Assembly (NCBI GenBank): GCA_013239625.1
Contig: MU053376.1
Coordinates: 1,512,833 to 1,576,832, forward strand
Direction: 5' to 3'
DNA length: 64,000 nt
Source of the DNA: Lama guanicoe
Lineage: Eukaryota
In this document: in pieces, positions 12,140-25,105 of the stretch
How the letters are laid out: each line of letters starts with the position of its first letter
Numbering within the stretch: position 1 is the first letter of the stretch
The notes under the pieces: generated by a model
The model's input: the letters and a program-made list of their open reading frames with translations, nothing else
The model's database searches: none
Told to the model about the DNA's origin: nothing
Program-made: the position numbers and the translations under genes

Positions 12140-12295
12140 GAACTTAAGTGAGCACGAAAATCACTCGGGGGCGCTTGTTAAATATGGACATTCTGAATCT
12201 GCCAGGCTGGGGTAGGACCCAGGGGAATCTGCCGTTTTGTCAAGTATGAAGGTGATTCCGAGACCAGATTCCATTTTGAGAAATGCTGCTTTAAG
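12140..12295. mobile_element. MER5A-like DNA transposon fragment
   Basis: aaaatcactcgggggcgcttgttaaatatggacattctg...aggtgattc...ttgagaaatgctgct. Confidence 0.65.
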
Positions 12296-12943
12296 GCCTG
12301 ACTTCAGTATCAACCCATTTAGGAATATTTCCCTTATTATCACCGAACTTATTCATCACCTGGAGCCTTCACAATCAGTTTGACTTGTGGTCTCTTAACT
12401 ATGTGACCAGTTTATAATTGTTTAATTTATATGCAGACAATACGTTGCAAAGTAAACAAGGATTTCTAATACAGAATTTTTGCTTTGGCCCTGGTTGTCT
12501 GTAAGAGGAACTACTTTAAGTTTTCCAAATCAGAAATGTGAGGAGTGAGGACTTAAGAGGGAGGATTAGCAAGTTCCTAGTGCTACCCACCCAACCCCTC
12601 TCAGGTCACAGAGTTTCTATCAAAAGAGTGACAATTCCTTTGGCGGGGGTGGGAGTATTTCATTTCTTCCATAGTAAGTTGCAGTTTCCCAGAAAGACAG
12701 TTATAAATTCGACAGAGGGAAAGCACGGAGTGCCACACAATGGATCTGCACGGACATGTTTGGAACACAGGTTTTTGGCAGCTGGGGAAAGCGGTCAGCC
12801 TTGCTCTGTTGCTATCACACTTCCTACAGGTCCCTGCCTCTCTCCTTTTTACTTCCCACTTTTTCTTTAAAAATGTTTCAAACCCATAGAAAAGTTAAAA
12901 GAAGGGTACAAAGCATATCAGTATGTCCTTCAGCTGGATTTTC

Positions 12944-13468
12944 TTTTTTCTTTTTCTTAAATTTTTTTATTGAAGTATAGTCAGTTTATAATGTGTCAGT
13001 TTCTGGTGTACAGCATAATGTTTCAGTCATACATATACACACATATATTTCTTTTCATTATTCATTACTGGAAGATATTGAAGGTAGTTCCCTGTGCTGT
13101 ACAGTAGAAACTTGTTGTTTATCAATTTTATGTATATTAGTTAGTATCTGCAATTCTCGAACTCCCAATTTATCTCTTCCCACCTTTCCCCCCCATAACT
13201 ATTAGTTTGTTTTCTATGTCTGTGAGTCTGTTTCTGTTTTGTAAATAAGTTCATTTGTGTCTTTTTAAAAAATACATCTTCCACATGAGTGATATCACAT
13301 GCTATTTTTCTTTCTCTTTCTGGCTTACTTCACTTAGAATGATGATCTCCAGGTCCATCCATGTTGCTGCAAATGGCATTACTTTATTCTTTTTTATGGC
13401 CGAGTAGTATTCCATTGTATAAATATACCACAATCCAGTCATCTGTTGGTGGACATTTAGGTAGTTTT
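12944..13468 (-). mobile_element. Younger L1 3' end inserted into an older L1 remnant
   Basis: Poly-T head; ORF 13302..13553 contains L1 YTMEYYSAIKKNKVMPFAATWMDLEIIILSEVSQ; TSD ctggattttc at 12934-12943 and 13469-13478. Confidence 0.85.
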
Positions 13469-13769
13469 CTGGATTTTCAATTATTGAGATTTTGCCCCTT
13501 CTGCTTTGTCTCTTTGTGTATGTGTACTGAACATTTGAAAGTAAGTAGCACACACTTCATCCCTAACACACTTAAGTGCACAGGCCCTAATAATTAAGTT
13601 CTCCAATGAAACCAAAATACCATTATCACACCTAAGAAAATTAACCTTAGCTCTCTAATGTCATAAACAGTTTACAGTTTAAATTTACCTACATCCCTTG
13701 AAATATTTTTCTCATTCTCCCCACCCCCCCGTCCAGACTACAATAAAAGTTGGTGCATTGCCTTTGGTT

Positions 13770-13870
13770 GTTTTGTTTTTTCAATTTTTTAAAAAGTGGA
13801 GGTACTAGGGACTGAACCTAGGACGTTGTGCATGCTAAGCATGTGCTCTACTACTGAGGTATACCACCAT
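13770..13870 (-). mobile_element. tRNA-Ala-derived SINE
   Basis: tggaggtactagggactgaacctaggacgttgtgcatgctaagcatgtgctctactactgaggtata. Confidence 0.85.
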
Positions 13871-13904
13871 CCACTTCTCCCCATTAGTTTTTTTAAATGG
13901 AGGA

Positions 13905-14110
13905 CGATGCTGTATCCAGCACAGTAGCCAGTAGACATATGTGGTTCTATATTTAAATTAATTAAAATTAAATACATGTAAGAGTCAGCTCATCAGTTGC
14001 ACTGGCAACATTTCAAGTGCTCAACTGCCATATGTGGTAATGGCTACCATATTGGACAGCACAGACATGGGCTATTTCCATTATCACAGACAGTTCTATA
14101 GGACAGCATC
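13905..14110. mobile_element. MER3-like (hAT-Charlie) DNA transposon
   Basis: catttcaagtgctcaactgccatatgtggtaatggctaccatattggacagcacag...gttctataggacagc. Confidence 0.75.
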
Positions 14111-16842
14111 AGTTTACAACAATCCCCTGCCTTTTTTTTTTTTTCAGCTTTTCACGACACTGATTTTCTTTCTAAAGAGTCCAGGCCAGTTGTATCGTCG
14201 AGAGTCTGAGTTGTCAACCCACATTCTGGGTTGTCTGATCCTTTTCTCAAGATTAGATTCTGGAAAAATGTGGTTGGTAGGAGCCGTACATAAAGGATGT
14301 GGTGTACCGCTTATTGCATTGCTAATTTCAGGTTGGTGATGCCTGCAGTATGAATTCAATAAATACTTGTTAGAGAAGTGACACAGCACCAGGAAGTCTC
14401 CTAAGGGCTTGGGAGCTTGACTTCAAATTGAGGAGTTTATATAATCGCCACAGCCTCCAGCACTGAGCTAGAAACAGAGCAGGAAGATGTTTCGTGACCT
14501 GAAATGGAGACTGAAGTGACACAGCAAGTGGCCCAGGAGCACGGACGAGAGGGAGGGACCGAGAGAAGGGTAAGGCCACTGGGCTATAGCTGTCCCTCAG
14601 CCCCAGGCTCCAGATTCATTTAAGTGATCATAACTTTTTTGCGATTGCTTCAGGCACAGGAAGCAGCTTGGTGAGGTGCCTGGGGCCCAGGTAAGCATTC
14701 AGCTGGAAGCTTCCACAGCAAGATGCTCTGGGAAACCCTCTAGAGAGAGGCTGGCATCCTCAAAGGGCAACTTGTGGCTCACTCCTCGGCAGGCTTGTGC
14801 CAAGAGTCTGTGGCTGGCTTTGAGCCTGGGAGTAGCTGGGGAAAGCATCTAACCTTAGATTTTACTGCTTTTGTTAGCACATTTGCCTCCTTCCATGGAT
14901 TCCGTCCTATCCACCCCAAATAAGGATCAGGGAAAGAAGATAGGAGAAGGGGTAGAGGGGAATTTGGGGTTTAAAGAACTGAGTGTGTGGTCCCAATGTC
15001 AACGTGTCACTGAGAAAGTCACATCTATAAAATGAAGGCTTTCCCTTCCAACACAGATGATTCTAATTTTCTATGTCCTTTCAACTCTGTTAGAGGAGAG
15101 CAAGGCAGAGATTACTGTACCCATAAGCCATCCTTAGTTACCCACCAAGAATTTGGAAACACCGTGGCCTTCCTGGGCCTCCCAGAGGTAAACACTGAAA
15201 CCAACACGTAGTAAGAGGCTCCCAGGAATGAGACCAGACTGAGGGTATGCACAAGTCTAAAGAAGAGGTGTGTTGATCTGAAGGGAAGCTGGTCAGTCCT
15301 AGAGGCAAGGAAAGGAGACATCAAGAGGGTAATTGTGGCCACACTTCTCTGACTTCTGTGTGGCGGACACCAGGGTCTTAAGAGTCCTTCTGGCCGGCTG
15401 TCAGGTGTCTGTATTGTGGAAACTCACGCAGCCGACCAACAAGGCCTGATGTCACTTTATTTTCAAGTTATAAGGCAGGCTTGTCTGTTAGGATTCCAGA
15501 GTCTCCAGGTACCTTCTGCTCTCCGCCTTCCCGGGGCGCTTCCTTCTAGGGAGTAAATGTCAGGCTGACATGTCTGTCTGGCCCACTGACCATCTGGTCT
15601 TATGCACAGGCCTTCGTGAATTTGTGGCCCTAAGTTGGCCTCCCTGAGATGATTTCTGGATGGGATTGAGTTTCTGGGCCTCTGAGGATGAAGCTGGACT
15701 CAAGGTCATGGTACATTCACCCAATGGAAACCTATGAAGCTGGCTGGTCCTCCTCACTGCACAGCTGTGCAGCCTCAACTGTACCCAGGCCACCGATGAA
15801 CAAAACCCAGGGTGGATCCAGGCCTATTAACTTCTCAGCTCACTAGTTCCTTCATATCATCCCCAAATCTATATTTGGAGTATTCCTCTTCTTATTTCAA
15901 TCAATATTGTATAATAATAATAAAAGCTGATGTTTATTGACTCTGCTGTGTGCCCAACAGCCCCCCAGAGAAGGCATTATTGTCCCATCTGTAGAATGGG
16001 ACAACGGGACCAAAAGAAGATAATTATAGCCATCAGCCAAGAGAGCTGGATTCAAATCCATGTCTCCCTCTTAAGTTTGTGCTTAATTGTTATTACATTT
16101 AAAATTAAGCTGCGTGAGGACATGAGGACAAGTGTGCTTTCCAAGAATTGCCTCATTCCAAAAGCAGACATTAGGACTCTCACTTACTAAGCTTAAAGAA
16201 GAAGAATCTGCCTTGATGGGAGAAGGCAGCCTGGCAGCAGTGCCTGGTTGGAGGAGTAGGAGAATTCAAGTGATGCCTTGGGCATCCCAGAGGACTGTGG
16301 CTGCCAGCTTTGACCCTGACACAGGAGAAAGATAACCTAGATGGTAAGCAAACCAAGAGGTAGAGAACGTAGCAGACTGCCTGGGCACATGGCATGCTGT
16401 TCTGTCCTCTGTAGCCTGGGAGGTCCAAGGCAGAAGATCAGTGGCTGTGTTCTGCACCTGGGAGTGGGTCCCCTGAGAACTTCTCAGGCAATGGTGACAT
16501 CTCTCCCCTACTCCTTCCCAGTCTGTATCGAAGGCTAGTTTGAATTTTGGCTTGGCAATCTTTGTTACTATCCTATATTTGACACTCTTAGTTTCTTTTC
16601 CCACAGATTTCTTACTCCTAAAAAGCAAATACATAATTTCTGAGTAACGTGTGCGGTAGTCAACAACATAGATAATGTACTTGAAAGTCACACATGTGAC
16701 AATCTGTGCAGAGTCAAGGACAGATAGACATGTGGGTGTCCCAGGCAGGCCACAGTTTGGAGCTCCCTTAAAGCAATGTTCTCTATTTACTTGTTCAACA
16801 TTTCTTGGATAAGAGTGAAGAGAAAATAATTTTTAGAAAGAC

Positions 16843-16950
16843 TTTTATTTATTTTTATTTTATTTTATTATTATTTTTTTAATGGAAGTACTGGGGATTG
16901 AACCCAGGACCTCATGCATGTAATCACACACTCTACCACTGACCTATAAT
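16843..16950 (-). mobile_element. tRNA-Ala-derived SINE
   Basis: Poly-T/TTA head followed by tggaagtactggggattgaacccaggacctcatgcatg. Confidence 0.8.
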
Positions 16951-17987
16951 TTCTACCTGTCCCCCCACAATAATTTCTATAATGTTCAAAATGAGAAATT
17001 TGTCCTAATATGTTCGAAATAAGGAATTTATACTATGCACTGAGTATGACATAATATTTACTTGTTCGGAATGATTTTCATTTAACTTTTTAAAAAAATC
17101 ACCAACAGCTAGACAGTGTTAGTCAACCACACTTAACTAAACATGAATATAGCCATGAAGTCTTTCAAATTATGTTAAATTTTTTTTTCTCTGGCTGGCC
17201 AACTGGTCCTCACTTTTCTGCAGTTTGTTTTCTTACTAGCTTAAAAAAATTTTTTTCCAAGTCATATGTTTTCTTGGGTGCCATATTAAAATATTTTCTA
17301 GCTAGATAATGTAATAAAATACACTCTAGCGCAATAAACTATACTGTGGATTGTTTAGCTGAAGGACACAGGGATTTCAGGAGACTGTCAGCAAGCTGAT
17401 CTCAGGGTTGGTGGTGTTGCCTGTAATTATGTTGCAAAAATGTCATCAGGGCTAGGCTGGCGCCTGGCAGGCATGCTTTTAAATGTCCACTGGAAGATAC
17501 TGTCTGTTTCAGTAGACAGTTAACATTGTGCAGCAATATAAGGTGTCTCGAGGGCAAAAGTGAGAAAAGAGGCAGCATATTTTTGATCATTTCAGTAACG
17601 TTTTTGTTTCCTCTACAGGGACACCTTAGCTAGCTGTTTCATCTGGCTCCAGGCATGGTGACTGGGAAGGCACTGGGCTGAGAGAAACCTGGGTGTGAAT
17701 CTATGAACTTGGGCAAGACACTTAACCCGTCTGAGCCTCAGTTTCCCCTTTGCAAAATGTTCATAATATCCATTTTGCAGTGTTATTAGAGATACTTTTG
17801 AAGTTGTAAATGAGGCTATTATTTAAAAGTATATCATATTGTATAATATACTGTATGTGAAAATACTATACAAATAATAATTAATAAGCAATTATCCTTT
17901 GCATTAATCCTTAGTGGCCTTACTAACATATTGCTGCTTTGAAGAGTTAGTCCTAAAGCCCAGGCCTGTTATAAAAGACTGATTTCT

Positions 17988-18195
17988 TTAAAAAAATTTA
18001 AATTTATTTTTCTTCTTTAATTATTAAAATATAGTCAGCTTACAATGTTGTGTAAATTTCTCATGTATAGCATAATGATTTAGTTATTTTCATAATCTTT
18101 TTCATTACAGGCTATTACATGATACTGAATATTGTTCCCTGTGCTATACAGTAGGACCCTGTTGTTTATCTATTTTATATATAGTAGTTAGTATC
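17988..18195 (-). mobile_element. 5'-truncated L1 3' end
   Basis: atagtcagcttacaatgttgtgtaaatttc...gttccctgtgctatacagtaggacc; similar to the L1 at 12960-13140. Confidence 0.8.
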
Positions 18196-18210
18196 AGAAG
18201 GCTGATTTCT

Positions 18211-18382
18211 CGGGCAGGAGAGGGTATAGCTCAAGTGGTACAGTGCATGCTTAGCATGCATGAGGTCCTGGGTTCAATCCCTAGTAACTCCATCGAAAAC
18301 TAACTAAATAACTAACTAATAACATCCCCCCGCAAAAAAAAATTTAACACATTGTAATGGACTGATCTTCAATTTAAAAAAA
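18211..18382 (+). mobile_element. tRNA-Ala-derived SINE with L1-like 3' tail
   Basis: gggtatagctcaagtggtacagtgcatgcttagcatgcatgaggtcctgggttcaatccc; perfect TSD agaaggctgatttct at 18196-18210 and 18383-18397. Confidence 0.85.
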
Positions 18383-18409
18383 AGAAGGCTGATTTCTTAA
18401 ATGTTTTCA

Positions 18410-18580
18410 TGGGGAGGGGGGAGGGGGGAAGGGTAATAATGCAAAGTGTTGGCTATTAATTAACTCCATGATGGGGAATCCTTTCACAATGTATACATAT
18501 ATCAAATCATCACATTATACACTTTACATATCTTACAACTTTATTTGTCGATTATATCTCAATAAAGCTGAAAAAAAAAA
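18410..18580 (+). mobile_element. Older L1 3' end
   Basis: cctttcacaatgtatacatatatcaaatcatcacattatacacttta...aataaagctgaaaaaaaaaa. Confidence 0.75.
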
Positions 18581-19049
18581 GGGCTGATCACCGAGATGGG
18601 TAATGCTCAGCACCGTGTACTGTATAACATTGTCGTACATCCTTGGGGAACATGTCCTGGGTGGGCAGTGGTTCCCAGCAGAGGCTTCTGAGTCAGACAG
18701 ACCTGGGTGGGGCTGCACTGTGACTCTGACCTTCCCTATCTGCCATCTTAGAAAAACTGCTGTCAAAACACGTTTGTGTGTCTCATAAGGTTGTGCTGTC
18801 ACCCTGCCCTCCAAACTCAAGTCATATGAACTATTTGTGGTTCCCAAAAAGCAATGGGCTCACTTCCCTGCTTAGCTTACTGTTCCCTTTCCAGGATGGC
18901 TCTTTCTCCTCCCGTATACTGCTAACTCCTGTTCTTCTCACCTTCCTCCAAGACTTCCCTGACCCTCAAGACTCAGGTGTCCTTTCCATCTGCCTGCTCG
19001 CCAACCACCCTCCATTTACCCCTGTGGTCAGTGTATTGACATCGCCTAG

Positions 19050-19260
19050 GATTTTAGGGTTTAATATGTGCCAGGCACAGTGCTTAGTGCTTTATGTCAA
19101 TTCTCTCACTGAAGTCTCCTAACAACCCGAGGAAATAGGTGTCAGTACAGATGAGGACACTGAAGCTCAGAGAGGGTAAATGATTTACCCAAGGTCACAC
19201 AAGTCCGAGCAGAGGAGCTGGGATTTGAACCCAGGCCTGTCTGACTCTAAATGCTTTGCT
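19050..19260 (-). mobile_element. MIR SINE
   Basis: acagatgaggacactgaagctcagagagggtaaatgatttacccaaggtcacac...ggatttgaacccagg. Confidence 0.8.
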
Positions 19261-19694
19261 GTCAATTGTAAATTTCTAAGCACTTACAGGGTTGAGCACA
19301 GTGAAGGCACGTGGCAAGGACTCAACACATAATAGCTATTGTTATTTTGACCCAAGCAGATTGTAAACCTCTGGAGGGAAGGAATCTTAATCCATAAATG
19401 CTTGTACCCCCTGCACTTCAGCCCAAGAGAGGTGTGTGGATAGCAAGGGCAGAGCAAGGCTTCTGGAATACGTCCCAGAGCACCACTGAGAAACAGGTTC
19501 TCAATAAATGACTGATGTTGGTTTTCTATCACGTATCTCTGCAGTTAAGAGATATTTCATTTCTGGCCACACTCTGGCCCCTTTCCACTTCCATGTGAGG
19601 AGAGAACCGGACTACAGAGGGGCCCGAAACAACAGTGGAAGTTGCTTTTGGATGAGACACATAGGAACCACCAACCACCTAAATAAACGTCCTC

Positions 19695-19700
19695 TTTATT
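19695..19700 (-). terminator. SLC41A1 polyadenylation signal (AATAAA), ~2.4 kb 3'UTR
   Basis: TTTATT on plus at the end of an AU-rich block; GU-rich sequence downstream on minus (GGTGGTTGGTGGTT). Confidence 0.75.
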
Positions 19701-22060
19701 TTACCAAATATAATTTATCAGTTACGTTGACATTTGTCAATTCAGTTATAGTCACTATAAATAATTCTCTTAAGACACAGTTCTGTAACTTTGTAAAGGA
19801 TATAAACCAATGTCGCTCCTCGCAGCCCGGCCAAAAGTACATGCAGTTTGTGCAATCAGGGGAAGAGAAACCCATCTTCTGTGAGCGTCATGAAGTCGTG
19901 AGGTTCCTTTTCTTTCCCTCTCACCCCGCAGTCCTCCCTCTGCACGCACGCAGACTCAGGGCATGGGGCACGCCTACCTGCCTGCATTTTCCATAAAGGA
20001 GGACACCTCCAGGGCAGCCTGGCCCAACTCCAGGGATGAGGGAGGGGTGAGTGACTGGGGCAGGAGTGACTGCTGATCACAGGGGCACAGCCTTGGAGGC
20101 AGAGGAGTTGGTTCGGGTGTCTGTACAAGAAAGCGTCTGTGTGCAAATGTGTTTGGAGGTGGAGGAGAAGATGAAAAAAGGCCCGAGGAAGAGCAGAAGC
20201 AAGCCCAGGCTGGTGTTAATTAGCTCTGCTGGACACAACCCCCATGAGGTAACCTCTATGGTTCCGATTCTAAGGTTCTAGATGCCGGAGGCGGCCTGGG
20301 TAGAAACGGAGGGAGAGGAAAGAGTGTCTGGAGGTACAGGGCAAGTTCCTGGGATGAAGCGTGGTGTTGGTAAGAGACAGGGTCACTGTCTAGTCTTCCC
20401 CTGGCGATGCTACAGAGGGGAGGCTGTGGATAGAGAGGCTAGAAAAGACCTGCATCCTCATGCCCAGATGTGCACACACGTGAATGTGGATCTGTTCACA
20501 GTAAGGGTCACAGGGAAGGTGCAGAGGTTCCAGTGTTCTTCCACTCTGGTGCTGGGCAGAGAAAAGTAAAAGTAGCTGGTTGGTGCCAGGACCCTAGTTC
20601 TGAGTCCTCTTTTGGGTGGCTGGTGAGGAGAGGTGGAGGGAAGGGAAGGTGAGGAAGGGTAGTTTAGGGAAATCAACCATGGCTGGGCAATGGGGCAGGG
20701 GCTCTAGCTGTGGTCAGCGTTGTATGGAGGTGGGATCTGGGAGGGAAATCTAAGGGCAGAATCTGGTTTGATGATAAAGATAGAAATACTTACGGGGAGG
20801 AAACTTTCTCTGCCAGATTGAAAAGGGCACACGGCCTTCGTATCTGGGGACTGAGGCGAGGTTAGAACTGTGTTTCCCTTACCCCTGGCTAGTCAGTGCC
20901 TGGCACAGTAACTAACACACAGTAGGCACTCAATAAACAGTGCTCAGTAAGCTTCAGACCATGCCTGCAGGAGAACTCCTACTGGGGAGGCTGTGTTTGT
21001 TGAATGAGTGAATGAATGAATGATGAACATGGGCAGAAGTCAAGAGAGAGGAGAACTGCCCTCCCTGGCATGGAAGAATGAGTGATTTTCGGAAATGCCA
21101 GAGTCGAAGATGACCACGTGATATGTCCTCAGGAGAAACAGCAGCAGTGAAACACCCCTGGTTGCCCTCACCCTCCCAACCATTCTCCACATGCCCATTC
21201 TCCATCCCTAATCTCGGAACCCAACCTAGCAAGCTCTGGGGAAGGTAGTGCTTAGAGACAATTAGAGATGCAGGTTGAACAGAGATAAAGAATCAGTCTT
21301 CTGGGCCCAGGGAGGAAGGATGTAGATCTTGGCAAACCTATAGGTGGACATGGGTCAACAAGGAGACCAGACCACCACTCATTTCTTCCTGGATGAGACA
21401 ATCTGCTGGAAAAAGATCAAAGGGAGGGGTTGGTGGTATTTATCAGGCAACTGGGTGAGAACCAGGTACACAATTAAATAGTCCACCCCACTCTTTTTGA
21501 AAGTAGAAGGGCAGAGAATAGGGCTAGGATTATTTGGGGCAAGGAGCAAGCTGTCTCCTGCCTAGTGCTCTGAAGTTGGTCCATTTCTAGAAGAAGTATG
21601 CATGTGGGGGAGGGAAGGGGAGAGTGCTATTTCTCCATCTGTTCAACCAAAAAGAAAAAAAGAAAACAAAAACAAAACCGAAAAAACCAGAGCCCACTCA
21701 CAAAGGGTTTCCTCATTAGGGGCCAGACTGAGTTTGCTAAAGCTACACCAAATAGCCCCAGATCCGACAGAAACCCCTGCCCCGAGCCCCTCACCTGGAG
21801 GCACCCACCATGAAATTGCACTTGGTGATTGTCTCAAAAATCAACTTGTACTGTTCATCGCAGTCCATCTGTCCTGCCTGAATTCTTGCTATACAAACTT
21901 GGCTCAATGTATAAAAATTCCCATTGAAAATAATGAGAATTCAGTATCAAAGTGAAGTCCTAGAAAGAGGTGGGAGTGTGGAGTGGAGGGGGGGAAGGAG
22001 AACAAAACCCAATTTTCGAAAGAAAGTGCAGAGGGGTGGAGAGGAGCTTGAGTGGCCAGG

Positions 22061-22246
22061 CTAGTCCCCCACATCCGTGTCTCGGTCCCCAATGAGCCAG
22101 AGAACGTGGAAGCTGAGTGCTAGGAGCCCAGTGCCAAGCAGGTCCCCCAGAGCCGTCAAGTACGGGATGGAGAAGTTGTCCGGGTCCAGGCCCCGGCCCC
22201 ACATCCAGTGCACCATCCAGTCTGCGATGTACAGGAGAATCAGCAC
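22061..22246 (-). CDS. SLC41A1: SLC41A1 last exon: [61 protein letters not shown]
   Basis: Acceptor CTCCAG; TAG stop; total CDS 1545 nt = 514 aa plus stop; second PDX4PX6D motif. Confidence 0.97.
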   Translation of the reverse strand: MLILLYIADWMVHWMWGRGLDPDNFSIPYLTALGDLLGTGLLALSFHVLWLIGDRDTDVGD

Positions 22247-22999
22247 CTGGAGAAACAGAAGGGCCCAGCCTGTAGCCATCCCCTCTCTCCAGGGGGAGCC
22301 AGAGGCCACACGATTGGACCCATTCTTTGCATCACAAGGCTTGGCCGTCCACAACCCTTAAGCTGGGACAGCTCATCTTTCCACCCAGTAACCCCTCTAT
22401 GTTCCTCCACCCCACAGTTACCACCTTGAACAGAAGACAGGCGTATTTTGGACTCTTTGGGAAGGAAGATGCCGCTACTCCCTGAGGTCTCCCATATCCG
22501 CATTACTTTCTGCTTTCAAACCTACCAAACAGGGGGCTTCCTAACCTACACCCGACTGGTTGCAGGAATCCATCCCTTTGGCCTCTAACACCGGGTCATA
22601 CGATTCTCAGGTCACTCCAATTCCCGTCCTGTTGGCCCCTCTGGGAGCCCGGCAGGGGGCTGGGGGGTAGGGTTCGCCTTTCATACATGGATTTCTCCTC
22701 AGAGCCAAGTGGGACAAGGACAGCGTTTGAGGCTGCTGCTGGCACAATTGTCTGAGTAACAGTTGATTATCCCAAGCGGGCTTCCTCCTGACCCCTTCCA
22801 TTCTGCTTTTGTGGGCGCAAAGAATGCAAGTGTATGTTAACATTAGTCCTAGCGAAATAGAATTCAGAATAAGTCAGCTAAATATAAAGCAGACAGTGCA
22901 TAGCAATTCAAAAGACATTTTGGATTAACTGCTGCTTTGGTTTATCTGGGCCCTTGCTTTTCTTCCATTACTATAGAAAATAAAGAAGGATCTAGATTA

Positions 23000-23150
23000 G
23001 AAATCTTGCTAGTGGGCCCAGGACCAGCAGCACCAACAACAACTAGGAGCTTGTTAAAAATGCAGACTCTCAGGCCTCACTCTGGATCTCCTAAATCGGA
23101 ACCTGCATTTTAACAAGAGTCACATGCACTGTTAAGTTGGTGATGTATTT
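23000..23150. mobile_element. MER5A-like fragment
   Basis: ggaccagcagcacc...ggagcttgttaaaaatgcagactctcaggcc...ctgcattttaacaag. Confidence 0.7.
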
Positions 23151-24064
23151 GATCTAGAATACCACGGGGCAGTGGGCGGGCCTGCGTCTTCTATATACCC
23201 TGCATGATCCCTGATGTTCGGGCTTTCTAAATGACTGCATCCTGTGTGAGAATGAAATGGTTTTTAATGGTAAATCTCCAACACAGTCATCTGGGAGGCT
23301 TTACGGTAATTTGTAAATACTGTGCTATGCAAATTCTGCCCAAAGGGGCTGAGATACTGGAACCAGGGCTCACTGGGGGATCCGGAAGCCAGAAGTGACA
23401 CCTATTTTTAGGCAAACTTGGTTGCTCTCTTGTCTTCTCTCTGAGGAAACCAGGGGTTACAATTCCAACCCCCATCACATTCCCCGTGGCCCTGCACACG
23501 GCTGCCCTGGACTCCTGTGTCCCTGGCCCCGGCCTGGGTGAGGGTCAGTTCCTCCCCCTGCCCCCGCCCCTTAACTTCACACCCTTTCCAACAGCTGCAG
23601 AAAAGTCCCAAATAAAGAGCGTGTGGCCAGGAGGACTTTGGGACGTGCCCCAGGAAGGGGATGGCAGCAGCTGTCCCCACATTCCAGCCTCCCGAGCAGG
23701 CCCAGGCACACGTGGCTGGGAGGTGGTGGCAAAGGAATCAGGAAGAACCTTTAGATCAAGTGCTACGCTCCAGCCCGCCGCAGCCTGGAGAAGACAGCAG
23801 AGCTGACAGCGGCCTCCAGTGTGTTCCTACTGGGGAATGGAGCCAAGGCGCATCCTTCCCAATGTAGGCTGAGGGCTACCCCCCAGCCACAGACCCTCAG
23901 CACACACAACCCTCCCCTTTCCCACCGAGTGCACTGAACCCCAACACAGAGGAATGTGACAACTTGGGGTAATTGCTGCGAGAAACTGCACGTGGTGGAT
24001 TCCCAGGCCAGCCCTTGCCAAGATATCCTAACACACGTTTCTAAAGTTGGAGGTGAGGGGTTGG

Positions 24065-25105
24065 AGGGATAAAGGTTAAATGAAATTATGGTACATCTAT
24101 ACAACACAAGAGAATGCAGCCATAAAAATCAGTGTGCTCTGCTCTTTACACATCGATGTGGAATGATCTCTAAGACAAATTGTTAAGTGAAAAAAGCAGG
24201 GTGTGGGCAGCATGTACAGTGTGCTACATGTGTGTTAAAAAGGAGGAAAACAAGAAAAATATGTCTGTTTGTTTGTATAGGTACAGAATAAAGCTTGAAA
24301 GATATACAACAAATAGGAAACACCTGGGGGGGAGGGATAAATTTGGAATTTGGGATTTATAGATACACACTACTGTATATAAAATAGATAAACAAGGACC
24401 TACTGTATGGCACAGGGAACTATATTCAATATCTTATAATAACCTATAATGGAAAAGAATCTGAAAAAGAATACAGGTACATATTACAACTGAATCACTT
24501 TGCTGTACACCTGAAACATTGTAAATCTACTACACTTCAATTAAAAAAATTAAAAAAATAAACAGATCACACCAGTGGCCTGTGAGGAAAAGAACCAGAT
24601 GGCTGGGAAAAGGGGAGAAAAGAAGACTTTTTCACTGAGGTTTCACTATGAACCTTTAAAACATTTTGAACCATGTGACTCTTACCATCTATTCACAAAA
24701 CAAATCTGCAGGAATTTAAAATGTAATAATACGGGTGAGTTTGGCTATGAAGGGGTTGCATGAAGGAGCCTTGTGGTGATGGACTTCTGTAACTTGATGG
24801 TGGTGGTGGTTATAGGAATGCACATGTGATAGAGCTGCATAACCCTGCACGCGCGCACACACACACACACATACACGTGTGCAAGTAAAACCAGTGCGCC
24901 TGAGTAGCTCTGCGGACTGTACCAATGCTGATTTCCTGGTTTCGATGCTGTGCTGTAATTGTGTAAGATGTTACCACTGAGGAGAACTGGGTGAAGAGTC
25001 CATGGGGTCTCTCTCTACATTCTTTTTTTTGGGGGGGGGGCAACTTCTTGTGAATATATAATTATTTCAAAATAAAAGTTGCAAAAATGTAATTAAAAAA
25101 GAAAA
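24065..25105 (+). mobile_element. Old L1 3' remnants with a nested younger L1 3' end (~24325-24560)
   Basis: aaattatggtacatctatacaac...; gggagggataaatttggaatttgggatt...ctacacttcaattaaaaaa. Confidence 0.7.

Noticed and set aside
10966..13553. ORFs with L1 ORF2-like peptides (also 49404-49782 and 50911-51093)
   Set aside because: Degenerate L1 3' fragments, not functional genes.
14400..17700. Possible unannotated gene between RAB29 and SLC41A1 (isolated acceptor-like site near 17618, short ORFs)
   Set aside because: No consistent exon chain or recognisable protein similarity; cannot be supported from sequence alone.
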